Shown piece after piece: positions 17,486 through 26,201 of a DNA stretch of 64,000 nucleotides; the first letter of the stretch is position 1, and the number at the start of each line of letters is the position of its first letter. The position numbers were made by a program, and so were the translations under genes. Below the pieces are notes generated by a model, which had not been told where the DNA came from, searched no databases, and saw nothing but the letters and a program-made list of their open reading frames with translations. The stretch lies in the IMG/VR virus record IMGVR_UViG_3300020390_000002, positions 27,336-91,335 of that record. The stretch is one strand, 5' to 3'. This DNA is from a virus.

Positions 17486-18004
17486 CTATGCCGCGGACGC
17501 GGCTGCGTTTTTGGCAGCCTCGATCGCCATGTCCGAGAAGTCGGCTTCGGCGTAGTCCGGCCCCTTCACCCACTTGTGGTTGTCGCGGCGCTTGCAGATC
17601 GCCTTGCCGGGGATCGGGGTCGGCTCGAAGTAGACCTCGTCCACCGTGAGCTCGTGGGTGGCCAGATGGTCGACGATCTGCTCGTCGGTCATGCCGCCCG
17701 GCCAGAGCTTGCTGAGATTCGCCTCGTGAATGCGGGCGGTCACGATCTTGCCGTTGACGCCGGCCTCGACGAACGTGCCGTCGACGAAATACTTGATGTC
17801 GCCCAGCGCATCGACGAACTGGGCGAAGTCGCCGGCCTCGATAGCCTGAAACAGCTCCACCAATTCCGACTTGATGTAGTCGGCGCGCTGGGTCATGCGA
17901 AGCTCGGTCATGAGCGTCGGGCGGTTGGCGATCGGGTGCCCGGCGATCTCGTGCATTTCACGCACCATCGTCTGCGATCCCACCAGGGTGTAGTCCTTGG
18001 ACAT
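17486..18004 (-). CDS. MazG-like nucleotide pyrophosphohydrolase
   Basis: SELVEL...DALGDIKY...IHEANLSK...KWVKGPDY. Confidence 0.85.
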   Translation of the reverse strand: MSKDYTLVGSQTMVREMHEIAGHPIANRPTLMTELRMTQRADYIKSELVELFQAIEAGDFAQFVDALGDIKYFVDGTFVEAGVNGKIVTARIHEANLSKLWPGGMTDEQIVDHLATHELTVDEVYFEPTPIPGKAICKRRDNHKWVKGPDYAEADFSDMAIEAAKNAAASAA

Positions 18005-18069
18005 CGGTTCTCCTTGCGTTGACGGGCGCGGCCGTATGCCGCGCCCTGTGTGGTTGGTCCTGTGGCCGG

Positions 18070-19080
18070 TTAGACGTGACAATCGATCGCGGTCAGGATC
18101 GTGTCGTCGTCCAGAGCGTCGAGCACGGCCCATGCCTTGTCGTGCCATTCATCGGCGCCCTGTTCGTTGCTCACGCAGCCGAACCAGCCCATTTCGCCCT
18201 GCTCCATCCACTCGCCGTCGACCAGCAGGGCGAAGGGAGTGATGGCCTTCTTGCGGGCGCGCTCGATGAAGGCGTCGCGATCGCCTGCGCAGAAGTGCTT
18301 GCGCAAAGACCCGGCGACCCAGATCAGGTCCTGGTCCAGTTCTTTCAGGGCTATGATCGCCGGGTGCTTGTTGTGCTCGTCCCGTGCGGTATCGATGTCG
18401 CCGCCGGTCTCGTTGTGCCGATCGCGGATTTCGTCCCAGCAGGGCAGCTGGCTGAGGTCGGTGATGGCGGCGGCGCGATCGAACTCAGCGGCAGCCTTTT
18501 CGCCGGCTTTGGTCATCATCGCCTCGAAGTCGATGTCACCCTTGCGCAGGCTGTCGGCGCGGCCTTCCTCGGCCGGCTCGGTCATAAGTCCGGGGCGGCC
18601 GATCTTGCCGCTCTGCACGCCGGGCTTGGTCTTGAAGTAGCCGGTCCAGCGACCGCCGACGAGATACCAATCCCACTTTGCGTTCGGATTCTCGAAGTAG
18701 CCGAAGCGGGGTTCGTCGTAGCCATCGATCTGACGAGGGTCGAAACCGTGATACTCATGGGCGAACTCTTCGAGCGAGCCGTAGATTTCCTTGTTCGGCT
18801 TCTCGATCTCGGTCGCGCCTTCGGGCAGGACCAGCTCGCGACGTGCGAAGAGCGTATCGTCGACCGGCTTGTAGACCTCGTCGCTGTAGCGCGGGATCTC
18901 GCGGCCGTCGGGCATGCGCACCATTGACCGGGTGCCGTTCTCGTAACCATCGACGACATCATCGGTCTCATCGTGGAACTTCAGGTATTCCGCAGGGCAG
19001 TCACCCATGTTGTTTTCCTGAAACGGCGCGAGCGCGGCGTCCACGTCTTCTCCGGCCACGATTACTACGAAATGACTCAT
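18070..19080 (-). CDS. Conserved phage hypothetical protein
   Basis: MSHFVVIV...NPNAKWDWYLVGGRW...GEMGWFG...DCHV. Confidence 0.85.
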   Translation of the reverse strand: MSHFVVIVAGEDVDAALAPFQENNMGDCPAEYLKFHDETDDVVDGYENGTRSMVRMPDGREIPRYSDEVYKPVDDTLFARRELVLPEGATEIEKPNKEIYGSLEEFAHEYHGFDPRQIDGYDEPRFGYFENPNAKWDWYLVGGRWTGYFKTKPGVQSGKIGRPGLMTEPAEEGRADSLRKGDIDFEAMMTKAGEKAAAEFDRAAAITDLSQLPCWDEIRDRHNETGGDIDTARDEHNKHPAIIALKELDQDLIWVAGSLRKHFCAGDRDAFIERARKKAITPFALLVDGEWMEQGEMGWFGCVSNEQGADEWHDKAWAVLDALDDDTILTAIDCHV

Positions 19081-19096
19081 AGGCTGTTCTCCTTGT

Positions 19097-19114
19097 TATG
19101 TCAGTGCTGAGTTA
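19097..19114. promoter_or_regulatory. Palindromic operator copy
   Basis: TATGTCAGTGCTGAGTTA. Confidence 0.8.
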
Positions 19115-19167
19115 TCTTTGGGAGCGCGGCTTTGCGCTCGTTTCGTTTCAGAGCGCTTATGATGCGC

Positions 19168-19211
19168 AAAAAAATGCGAGTTGTAAATCAGTGGTGACTT
19201 ACAACCCGCAT
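19168..19211 (-). terminator. nrdB terminator whose stem contains an operator copy (19184-19201)
   Basis: Minus strand AUGCGGGUUGUAAGUCA-CCAC-UGAUUUACAACUCGCAU followed by a U-run. Confidence 0.75.
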
Positions 19212-19240
19212 AGTATTTTCCTATCGTCGGACGACGGTCG

Positions 19241-20251
19241 CTACCAATCGAGCGCGCCGCTCAGGTAGCCGGTGACCTTCCCTTCGAAGAAATTCTCCGA
19301 CGTGCCGTCGACGCGGCTGTAGTCGTCAAACCAGGCCACCGGGCTCCGCGTGCCGTAGAGTGTGCCCAGGCCGATCGAATTGGCGCGCAGGTCGGCCAGA
19401 TTCTCGACATGGGCACGGCAGACGCGGTCATTCATGCCGGGCACGCCGCCCTGCACGAAGTAGGCGCCCCACTCGGCTTCCATATCGACGGCATTGCGCA
19501 GGATCTGGCGCGCGTCCTCCAGCAGCTCGGCCGTGAACAGCTCCGGGCGCTCGCGCTGGATCGCATACCAGATGTTCACGAACAGCTCGAGGTGGGTCAC
19601 CTCGTCGCGCTGGATGAACTTCACCATCTTGGCGCTGCCCTGCATCTTGCCCATGCGAGCCAGGGTGTAGAACAGCAGGAAGCCGTTGTAGAAGTAGATG
19701 CCTTCCAGCGCGATGTTGGCCACGACCGCGCGCACGAAGTTCGCCGCGGAGTAGTCCTCGCCCAGGATGCGCGACTGCTTGAGGATCGCCGCGTTCTTGG
19801 CAGCCAGCATGCCGTCGCGCTCGAACATGAAATAGACCTCGGTGGGCTCGAAACCCATCGACTCGATCATGTGCGCGTAGGACTCGACGTGCATCGCCTC
19901 TTCCCACGCCTGGCGCACGAGGCACTGATTGATCTCCGGCGACGTGATGTGCTGGTTGATGTTGTTCGTGAGGTTGTTGAGCTGGATGCCGTCGAGGTTG
20001 CTCAGCGCGGCCAGGACGCACTTGTAGGCGCGCTGCTCACCTTCGGACAGGTCGCCGTTGATCCATTGCTTCTGATCTTCGCCGAGCGGCGCTTCTTCCT
20101 CGGTCCAGTGGTTGTTGCGCATCTTCTTGAGCATGTCGCGGGCGAACTGATGGCGCACCGGACGCACGCACATGAGCTCAGACCGTTCGCCCTCAATCAC
20201 GCGCCGCGCGTTGATCACTTCGGCCGGCGTTGGGATTCTTCCTTCTGTCAT
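19241..20251 (-). CDS. nrdB: Ribonucleotide reductase class Ia beta subunit
   Basis: LDGIQ, EEAMHVESY, LEGIYFY, RDEVTH and NFFE motifs. Confidence 0.95.
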   Translation of the reverse strand: MTEGRIPTPAEVINARRVIEGERSELMCVRPVRHQFARDMLKKMRNNHWTEEEAPLGEDQKQWINGDLSEGEQRAYKCVLAALSNLDGIQLNNLTNNINQHITSPEINQCLVRQAWEEAMHVESYAHMIESMGFEPTEVYFMFERDGMLAAKNAAILKQSRILGEDYSAANFVRAVVANIALEGIYFYNGFLLFYTLARMGKMQGSAKMVKFIQRDEVTHLELFVNIWYAIQRERPELFTAELLEDARQILRNAVDMEAEWGAYFVQGGVPGMNDRVCRAHVENLADLRANSIGLGTLYGTRSPVAWFDDYSRVDGTSENFFEGKVTGYLSGALDW

Positions 20252-20907
20252 TGATTGAACCTTCCTTTGTTGGTTAGATGTTTATGCAGGGGCTCCGTGA
20301 CTGCCCTCTCTTCGGTCCAGCCCTTCTTGAGCCGACTACGGATTGTTTCCGGCTTAACGCCCAGGCGCTCAGCCCATTGATTGATCGAAAGGGATAGGTC
20401 TCCACAGGCGATCAGGGCCGGGATTCTCCCGTTGCGACGTCGATTGTTCGCCTGCTCCTTGTATGTCGCCCATCGACAGTTTCCGGGTTCGTAATTGCCC
20501 TCGTTATTGGATCGCTCGATCGTTAGTCCGGGTGGCCTTTCGCCCATGTCGGCTAGAAAGTTTTCGAACGAGTGCCACCGCTCGCACACTCGAATCCCAC
20601 GCCCTCCATAGCGGCAAAAACTCTTGTTCTTCGGGTTCCGACAGCGTTCGAGCATCCCGAACCAGATCGTGTACGTGGAAGTGCCGTAGTAGCCGTGCTT
20701 CGTTGCCTTCTCCCTCGAGACGTCGCCGCGCAGGCAGCCGCACGATTGAGTCTCTCCGGATCGCAGCCTTTTACCCTCGACCTTTGCGGTCGAGCCGCAA
20801 TCACAGCGACACAGCCAAAGCGCCTTACCGTCGCTCGTGCTGCCGGAGCGTTCGGCCACCAAGAGGCGGCCGAAGCGCTCGCCAGTAATATCTATCGTGC
20901 GGGACAG
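20248..20907 (-). CDS. Free-standing HNH homing endonuclease (probable CTG start)
   Basis: IDITGERFGRLLV...WLCRCDCG...YGGRGIRVCERW...TIERSNNEGNYEPGNCRWAT..EQANN. Confidence 0.85.
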   Translation of the reverse strand: MSRTIDITGERFGRLLVAERSGSTSDGKALWLCRCDCGSTAKVEGKRLRSGETQSCGCLRGDVSREKATKHGYYGTSTYTIWFGMLERCRNPKNKSFCRYGGRGIRVCERWHSFENFLADMGERPPGLTIERSNNEGNYEPGNCRWATYKEQANNRRRNGRIPALIACGDLSLSINQWAERLGVKPETIRSRLKKGWTEERAVTEPLHKHLTNKGRFNQ

Positions 20908-20909
20908 GG

Positions 20910-21419
20910 TTAGGCGTCCTCTTCCTCGGGATACGCAGCCTTCTCGGCGGCTTCCGGATCGAAGTCGGCGAGCTTGCCTTCGTAGAGCACGCGGTCGTCG
21001 CCGGAATAGCCGACCTTTTCGACGCGCAGCATCAGCGGGCCGTAGGTGGCGAAGAATCCTTCACCCTCGCCCTCACCCGGATAGAGGCGATAGATGTAGT
21101 CCTCGCCGCAGTCCGAGCTACCGGCCGGATACACGTAGACATTGCCGACGCTCGGCGAGGCGGGGTTGTTCTTGTAGTCGGAGTCGTGCATGCCGCCGAA
21201 CTTGAGAAAGGCGATCAGCTGCGCGGCCAGACAGCCCATGCCGTTGGCCACAGGGTTGTCCGAGATGCCGAAGCCGTTGACGATCTCGTGCTTGCCGAAG
21301 CTGTCGAGCAGTTCCTGCCCGTGTCCGGTCGGGTAGCCATCGAACTGTCGATAGATAGTGACGAGCGGCCGATTGTCGCCCTTCTGTTCGTAGACGTGCG
21401 TGAGTGATCGTGTGCCCAT
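20910..21419 (-). CDS. Conserved phage hypothetical protein
   Basis: MGTRS...YRQFDGYPTGHG...NGMGCLAAQLI. Confidence 0.8.
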   Translation of the reverse strand: MGTRSLTHVYEQKGDNRPLVTIYRQFDGYPTGHGQELLDSFGKHEIVNGFGISDNPVANGMGCLAAQLIAFLKFGGMHDSDYKNNPASPSVGNVYVYPAGSSDCGEDYIYRLYPGEGEGEGFFATYGPLMLRVEKVGYSGDDRVLYEGKLADFDPEAAEKAAYPEEEDA

Positions 21420-21458
21420 ACTGATGTCCTCCTGTGTTTTGCGTGCTCTTATAGTATG

Positions 21459-21476
21459 TAAGTCACTGTTGACTTA
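21459..21476. promoter_or_regulatory. Palindromic operator copy
   Basis: TAAGTCACTGTTGACTTA. Confidence 0.75.
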
Positions 21477-21506
21477 GCATCTTTCGGCGGATATTCGCCT
21501 GAACTG

Positions 21507-21532
21507 AAAAGGAGGGGCGCCGTAGCGCCCCT
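21507..21532 (-). terminator. Rho-independent terminator
   Basis: AGGGGCGC-CGTA-GCGCCCCT hairpin downstream of nrdA. Confidence 0.65.
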
Positions 21533-21568
21533 AATGGTTGAATCTCGCTGTGCCCTTTGATCCAGCGT

Positions 21569-21586
21569 TAAGTCAATACTGACTTA
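21569..21586. promoter_or_regulatory. Palindromic operator copy
   Basis: TAAGTCAATACTGACTTA. Confidence 0.75.
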
Positions 21587-21604
21587 CTTTCTGGAAGAAA
21601 GCAA

Positions 21605-23950
21605 TCACTGGCAAGAGGTGCAGTCCGGGCCGTTTTCGATCGAACAGACCAGCGCGTCGAGCGGTTCGGAGCTGTTGTTGACGACGCTGACCGTAACCGG
21701 CGCGACGCCCTGCTCGTCGACCTTCACGCGGTAATCGCTAGCAGCGAGCCCAGCGGGGGCCATCACCTCGACGACCGGCTTGATCTCGCCGATGACCTTG
21801 TGGTCCACGTCGTTGATCTGATTGCGCAGGTAGTAAGTCGTCTTGACGCCGAGACGCCAGGCAGTGCGATACCAATCGTCCAGCTCGCGCCCGAGGGTGC
21901 CGAACTTGGCGAACAGGTTCAGGCTCTGGGCCTGGTCGATCCACTTCTGACGCACGGCCGCGGCACGGATCAGCCACTTCTGGTCGATCTCGAACACCGT
22001 CTTGATCTGGTCGGCAGACAGATACTTGAACGTGGGGTCGAGCACCTTGAACAGGCCGGAGGTCTGCTCGAAGTTGCCTACCCGCTCGAACGCCGGCTCG
22101 ATGCAGGGGCTGCAGCCGGTGATGTGGCTGATCGTGGCGGTCGGGGCGATCGCCATGACGTTGGAGTTGCGCATGCCGTGGCGCTTGATGCGCTCACGCA
22201 GGCCGTCCCAGTCCACGCGACCGCCGCGCCCTGACCAGGCCGCCGGCAGCTTGCGGGCCGTATCGATAGGCAGCAGTCCCCGATCCCACTTCGAGCCGTC
22301 GTAGCTCTCGTAGGTGCCGCGGTCGGCTGCCAGATCGCAGCTGGCGCTGATCGCCCAGTAGCTCCACTGCTCGAAGAACTCGTCGGTCAGGCGCAGATGC
22401 TCCTCGCTCTCCCAGTCCACGCCCATGCGGGCCACGTATTCGTTCCATCCCATCAGGCCCAGGCCGATCGGGCGATGGCGCATATTGGAGTAGCGCGCCT
22501 TTTCGGACGGGTAGAAGTTCAGGTCGATCACGTTGTCGAGCATGCGCACCGCAACGGTGATGACGCGGCGCAGCTGGGCCGGGCCGATGCGGCCCACGTT
22601 CACGCTACCCAGGTTGCAGACTGCGGTTTCGTCGTCGGAGGTGTTGAGGGTGATCTCGGTGCAGAGGTTGGAGTTGTGGACCGTGCCGACGTGGTCCTGC
22701 GGGCTGCGGCGGTTGCACTCGTCCTTGAAGGTGATCCAGGGCGCGCCGGATTCCGCGAGCGAGGTGATGATCTTGCGCCACAGCGTGTTCGCATCAACCT
22801 TGCGGACAGCCCCACCCTCTGCTTCGGCGGCCTCGTAGGCGGCCTTGAACTCGTCGCCGTACAGCTCGTGCAGCTCGGGGTATTCGGCGGACGAGAACAG
22901 CGACCACTCGCCGCCGGCCTCGAGGCGCTCCATGAACAAGTCGTTCATCCACAGGGCCGGGAAGATTTCGCGGGCACGCATGCGGTCGTCGCCGGCGTTC
23001 TTCTTGAGGTCGATGAACGCCTCGACGTCGGCATGCCAGGGCTCAAGGTAGGCCGCGAAGGCGCCGTTGCGCTTGCCGCCCTGATTGACGGCCACGGCCG
23101 TATCGTTGAACACCTTCAGGTAGGGCACCACGCCGGACGACTTGCCGCGCGTGCCCTGGATCAGATCCCCGGACGGGCGAACGCGCGTCCAGTCCGTGCC
23201 GATGCCGCCCGCCCACTTCGACAGGTGCGCGCACTCGGTGATCGTGCCGTAGATCCCCTCGATCGAGTCGTCGACCGTATTCAGGTAGCAGCTCGACATC
23301 TGGCTGTGGTTTGTGCCGCTGTTGAACAGCGTCGGCGTGGAGCTGACGAACTCGAACTGGGACAGCACGTCATAGAACTGAATGGCCCAGAAGGTGCGCG
23401 CGGACTCATGTTCGTTGAGCGCCAGGCCGAGCGCGACGCGCATCCAGAAGTGCTGCGGCATCTCCATCACGGTGCCCTTGGAGCCGCGCTTGCCCTCGCG
23501 ACGGATCAGGTAGCGGTCATAGACCGTCTGCATGCCGCGGTAGTCGAACAGCATGTCGCGGTCGGGATCGATCGCCTTGTCGATCGCCTCGAGATCGAAG
23601 CTGAGCAGGTCGTAGTTCAGCGCCCCCTGAGCCACGCCCTCTTCGATGTATTCACGCAGCGGCCGGTAGCTGACTTCGCCGCCGGTGGCCTCCTTGTAGG
23701 TGCGCTGCATGAGCAGGCGCGCGGCCACGAACGTGTAGTCGGGGTTGTTGACGGTGACCGCTTCCGCCGCGGCCTTGATCAGAAGATCCTGCATCTGTTG
23801 GGTCGACACGCCGTCGTAGAAGGCGATGCCGCTGTTGTCGATGACCAGCTGGGGGTTCACGTCGAGTCCGGCGCACGCCCAGCGCACGCACTTCTCGATC
23901 TTTTCGGGACAAAGGGGCTCTTTCGAGCCATCACGCTTGATGACTTCCAT
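21605..23950 (-). CDS. nrdA: Ribonucleotide reductase class Ia alpha subunit
   Basis: ATP-cone VIKRDG, STPTLFN, SSCY, SNLCTEI, CNLGS, APTA, KTTYY and C-terminal CTSCQ. Confidence 0.97.
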   Translation of the reverse strand: MEVIKRDGSKEPLCPEKIEKCVRWACAGLDVNPQLVIDNSGIAFYDGVSTQQMQDLLIKAAAEAVTVNNPDYTFVAARLLMQRTYKEATGGEVSYRPLREYIEEGVAQGALNYDLLSFDLEAIDKAIDPDRDMLFDYRGMQTVYDRYLIRREGKRGSKGTVMEMPQHFWMRVALGLALNEHESARTFWAIQFYDVLSQFEFVSSTPTLFNSGTNHSQMSSCYLNTVDDSIEGIYGTITECAHLSKWAGGIGTDWTRVRPSGDLIQGTRGKSSGVVPYLKVFNDTAVAVNQGGKRNGAFAAYLEPWHADVEAFIDLKKNAGDDRMRAREIFPALWMNDLFMERLEAGGEWSLFSSAEYPELHELYGDEFKAAYEAAEAEGGAVRKVDANTLWRKIITSLAESGAPWITFKDECNRRSPQDHVGTVHNSNLCTEITLNTSDDETAVCNLGSVNVGRIGPAQLRRVITVAVRMLDNVIDLNFYPSEKARYSNMRHRPIGLGLMGWNEYVARMGVDWESEEHLRLTDEFFEQWSYWAISASCDLAADRGTYESYDGSKWDRGLLPIDTARKLPAAWSGRGGRVDWDGLRERIKRHGMRNSNVMAIAPTATISHITGCSPCIEPAFERVGNFEQTSGLFKVLDPTFKYLSADQIKTVFEIDQKWLIRAAAVRQKWIDQAQSLNLFAKFGTLGRELDDWYRTAWRLGVKTTYYLRNQINDVDHKVIGEIKPVVEVMAPAGLAASDYRVKVDEQGVAPVTVSVVNNSSEPLDALVCSIENGPDCTSCQ

Positions 23951-24005
23951 TGGGTCTCCTGTGTGGGATTAGGGGGTTCGAATCCGGCGGGGCCGGGATT
24001 ATAGC

Positions 24006-24023
24006 ATAGTCAGCGCTGACTTA
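24006..24023. promoter_or_regulatory. Palindromic operator at the nrdA promoter
   Basis: ATAGTCAGCGCTGACTTA adjacent to a minus-strand extended -10 (TGcTATAAT). Confidence 0.85.
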
Positions 24024-24027
24024 TTTT

Positions 24028-24447
24028 CTACCAACTTCCGCGCAGCGGATCGTCGGCGGGCGCCGCTTCCACGCCCAGCTCCTCGTCGAGGGTCAGCTCA
24101 CGCTCGGGTGGCACGTTGATCTTGCGGGGCGGTATGCGCTCTGCAGGCAGCAGCAAGCTGGGTATTTCGCGGGCCGTGTAGACGCAGCCCTGCTTCGGCG
24201 ATCGGGTGCAGCTGTTTCGCATGCTGAAGACGCGGTCGAAGGTCGCGTTGCCTTCCTCCTCGAACCGGATCGACCGATACGGGCACCCTGCGCACGACGG
24301 GTGCATCTCGGCCTCGCAGCCGCGAGTCAGCTCCTCCTGAGCCCACGCCTCTATGCGCCCGGTGGGCATCATTTCAGCCATGTGGCGGTCGAGGGAGATG
24401 TAGTTCTTCATGACCCGGCCGATCAGCTGCTCGCGAATGTCACTCAT
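24028..24447 (-). CDS. Cys-rich hypothetical protein with C-terminal LRGSW
   Basis: Start MSDIREQ overlaps the ruvC stop. Confidence 0.7.
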   Translation of the reverse strand: MSDIREQLIGRVMKNYISLDRHMAEMMPTGRIEAWAQEELTRGCEAEMHPSCAGCPYRSIRFEEEGNATFDRVFSMRNSCTRSPKQGCVYTAREIPSLLLPAERIPPRKINVPPERELTLDEELGVEAAPADDPLRGSW

Positions 24448-25031
24448 GCGTTGACAGCCACCGCACGGATCATGCTGCGCATCATGGCGACGGCCTGGGC
24501 ATACTGGGCAGTCCGGATGCCGGCATAGATCACCGCGACCGCATCGGCCAGGTGCTCGTTGTCGTTCATCAGCACCTGCTTGCCTTTGAGCTTGCGCACC
24601 AGCCAGGGGGCCGACGGGTGCAGTTCGGTCGCCCAGCTGATCATCTCCTCCTTGCTGGCGGTCTTTTTGCCGACGGAAGCCAGCTTGACCTCTTTCTGAT
24701 CGACCTCGATCAGCGGGATCGGCAACGTGGCCAGCAGCCCGGTCGCGATGCCGAAGGCGCGCGCGGTCGAAGCGCTCTGGCCGCCGGTAGGCACTTCCGC
24801 GATCGCCAGGTGACACTGGGCGCAAGCAGCATTGAGCGCGCCGTGTATCTGTCGAGCGCGCTGCAGGTTGTCCGACGACGCCCGCACCTGCTTGCTCTTG
24901 GTCTTTGCGGTCTTCACCAGATCCATCTGACGGATCACGACCGCACCGTCATGCAGATCGACGTCGGCGAACACGAGACCCACGTTGGCCAGTGCCATGT
25001 CGATGCCGACCACCTTTATGATTTCGCTCAT
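24444..25031 (-). CDS. RuvC-like Holliday junction resolvase
   Basis: VVGIDMAL, AIAEVP and NEHLADAVA acidic motifs. KKTASKEEMI. Confidence 0.85.
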   Translation of the reverse strand: MSEIIKVVGIDMALANVGLVFADVDLHDGAVVIRQMDLVKTAKTKSKQVRASSDNLQRARQIHGALNAACAQCHLAIAEVPTGGQSASTARAFGIATGLLATLPIPLIEVDQKEVKLASVGKKTASKEEMISWATELHPSAPWLVRKLKGKQVLMNDNEHLADAVAVIYAGIRTAQYAQAVAMMRSMIRAVAVNA

Positions 25032-25039
25032 GTTTACTC

Positions 25040-25384
25040 CTAGTTCCAGCTGCCGCGCAGCGTGTCCGTTTCGCTCAGGTCGGCGTCTATCGTCGTCAGC
25101 TCCATGACCCGCGCCTCGAGCGCCTCGAGTGCTTCAAGGCGTCGCTCCAGGCGCTCCAGGCGCTGGGCGATACCGGGGATCTCGCCGTCGAACTCGACCC
25201 TGTCCAGACGGCGCTCGATCATTTCGCGGCGCGTGGTTTCGGCCGAGAGGTCCCCGGACAGCAGGCTGCTATCGCAAATCAGCCGGTCGACCTCGATACG
25301 CATCTGGCCCGAGTTGTGTTCCCAGTCGGTGAGGCGCGTGTTGATCGCGATCACCGCGTCACGTAATTCATCGAAGTTGTTCAT
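25040..25384 (-). CDS. Coiled-coil hypothetical protein with C-terminal LRGSWN
   Basis: Start MNNFDEL (ATGA overlap). Confidence 0.7.
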   Translation of the reverse strand: MNNFDELRDAVIAINTRLTDWEHNSGQMRIEVDRLICDSSLLSGDLSAETTRREMIERRLDRVEFDGEIPGIAQRLERLERRLEALEALEARVMELTTIDADLSETDTLRGSWN

Positions 25385-25794
25385 GACCAGCTCCCCCACA
25401 GTTGGGCGGGGCTTTCTTCCTCGATGCCCAGCTCCTCGTCGAGGGTCAGCTCGCGACCTGCCGGCGCGTCGACCTCGTCGCGCGCCACCAGGTTGGGCTC
25501 CAGACCCCGGATGAGTGGCTCCAGAACAGCGGCACTCAAAAGGCTCTTCTCTGCCCGTCTCGCCGGGAGCCGGGCGGCCATCTCTTCCGCGAGCCGAGAG
25601 GTCATCCCTTCCGCTTCGCGCGCCTCGATTTCACTCGCAGTAAAGCTCTTGGGTTCAATCAGGCTCGAGCGGAGGCGCGGAGTGCCGGTGAGCAGGCTTC
25701 CGGTGGACACTGGCGTGTTGTATTCCCGTGCCCAATCGATCCAGACCCGTGATGCCGATTCCCGGATGATGCTGTCGTATTCTTCGTTGTCCAT
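25381..25794 (-). CDS. Hypothetical protein with C-terminal LWGSWS
   Basis: Start MDNEEY (TAATG overlap). Confidence 0.7.
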   Translation of the reverse strand: MDNEEYDSIIRESASRVWIDWAREYNTPVSTGSLLTGTPRLRSSLIEPKSFTASEIEAREAEGMTSRLAEEMAARLPARRAEKSLLSAAVLEPLIRGLEPNLVARDEVDAPAGRELTLDEELGIEEESPAQLWGSWS

Positions 25795-26201
25795 TACCAG
25801 CTCGCCCACAGGGGATTCCTGGCCACTCGATCAGCCATTGCTGCATTCGCGGTTGCGTCGATCGGCGGCACGTTCGAGTTGCCCTCGAGGTCCGCCTCCT
25901 CGATCACGGCCAGATAGTCGGCAAACCCTTTCAGCAAGCCCCTGGCGACGTCCAGCGTCATTTCCATGTGCCGACGCCCCGGGTCATCGCTGTGCGAAAA
26001 GATGAAAACTAGACCGCCGCGCTTGCCGACGTAGCACTCGGTCAGCGTGAAGCGATCACCGCGAACCATCGACACCTTGAGGAACTTGCCGTTTATCTTG
26101 GCGGTGACCTTCGCGGTCGTATTCAGCTGCCAGGAAGGCGCAGCGCCGCCATTCTCTTCGAACATGCGCCGTCTCAGGCGCGTGGCATAGGCTTGATCCA
26201 T
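25794..26201 (-). CDS. Hypothetical protein with C-terminal LWASW
   Basis: 135 aa, coupled to the sbcC stop. Confidence 0.75.
   Translation of the reverse strand: MDQAYATRLRRRMFEENGGAAPSWQLNTTAKVTAKINGKFLKVSMVRGDRFTLTECYVGKRGGLVFIFSHSDDPGRRHMEMTLDVARGLLKGFADYLAVIEEADLEGNSNVPPIDATANAAMADRVARNPLWASW

Noticed and set aside
3426-21532. Near-identical hairpins GGGGCGCCG(A/T)AGCGCCCC at 3.4 kb and 21.5 kb as a novel ncRNA repeat
   Set aside because: Both lie just downstream of genes with U-rich tails and are adequately explained as intrinsic terminators.
22397-24004. Long plus-strand ORFs (535 aa here; also 37190-38620, 39541-40884, 33113-34330, 59888-61183)
   Set aside because: They are antisense shadows of well-supported high-GC genes, with no motifs or RBS.
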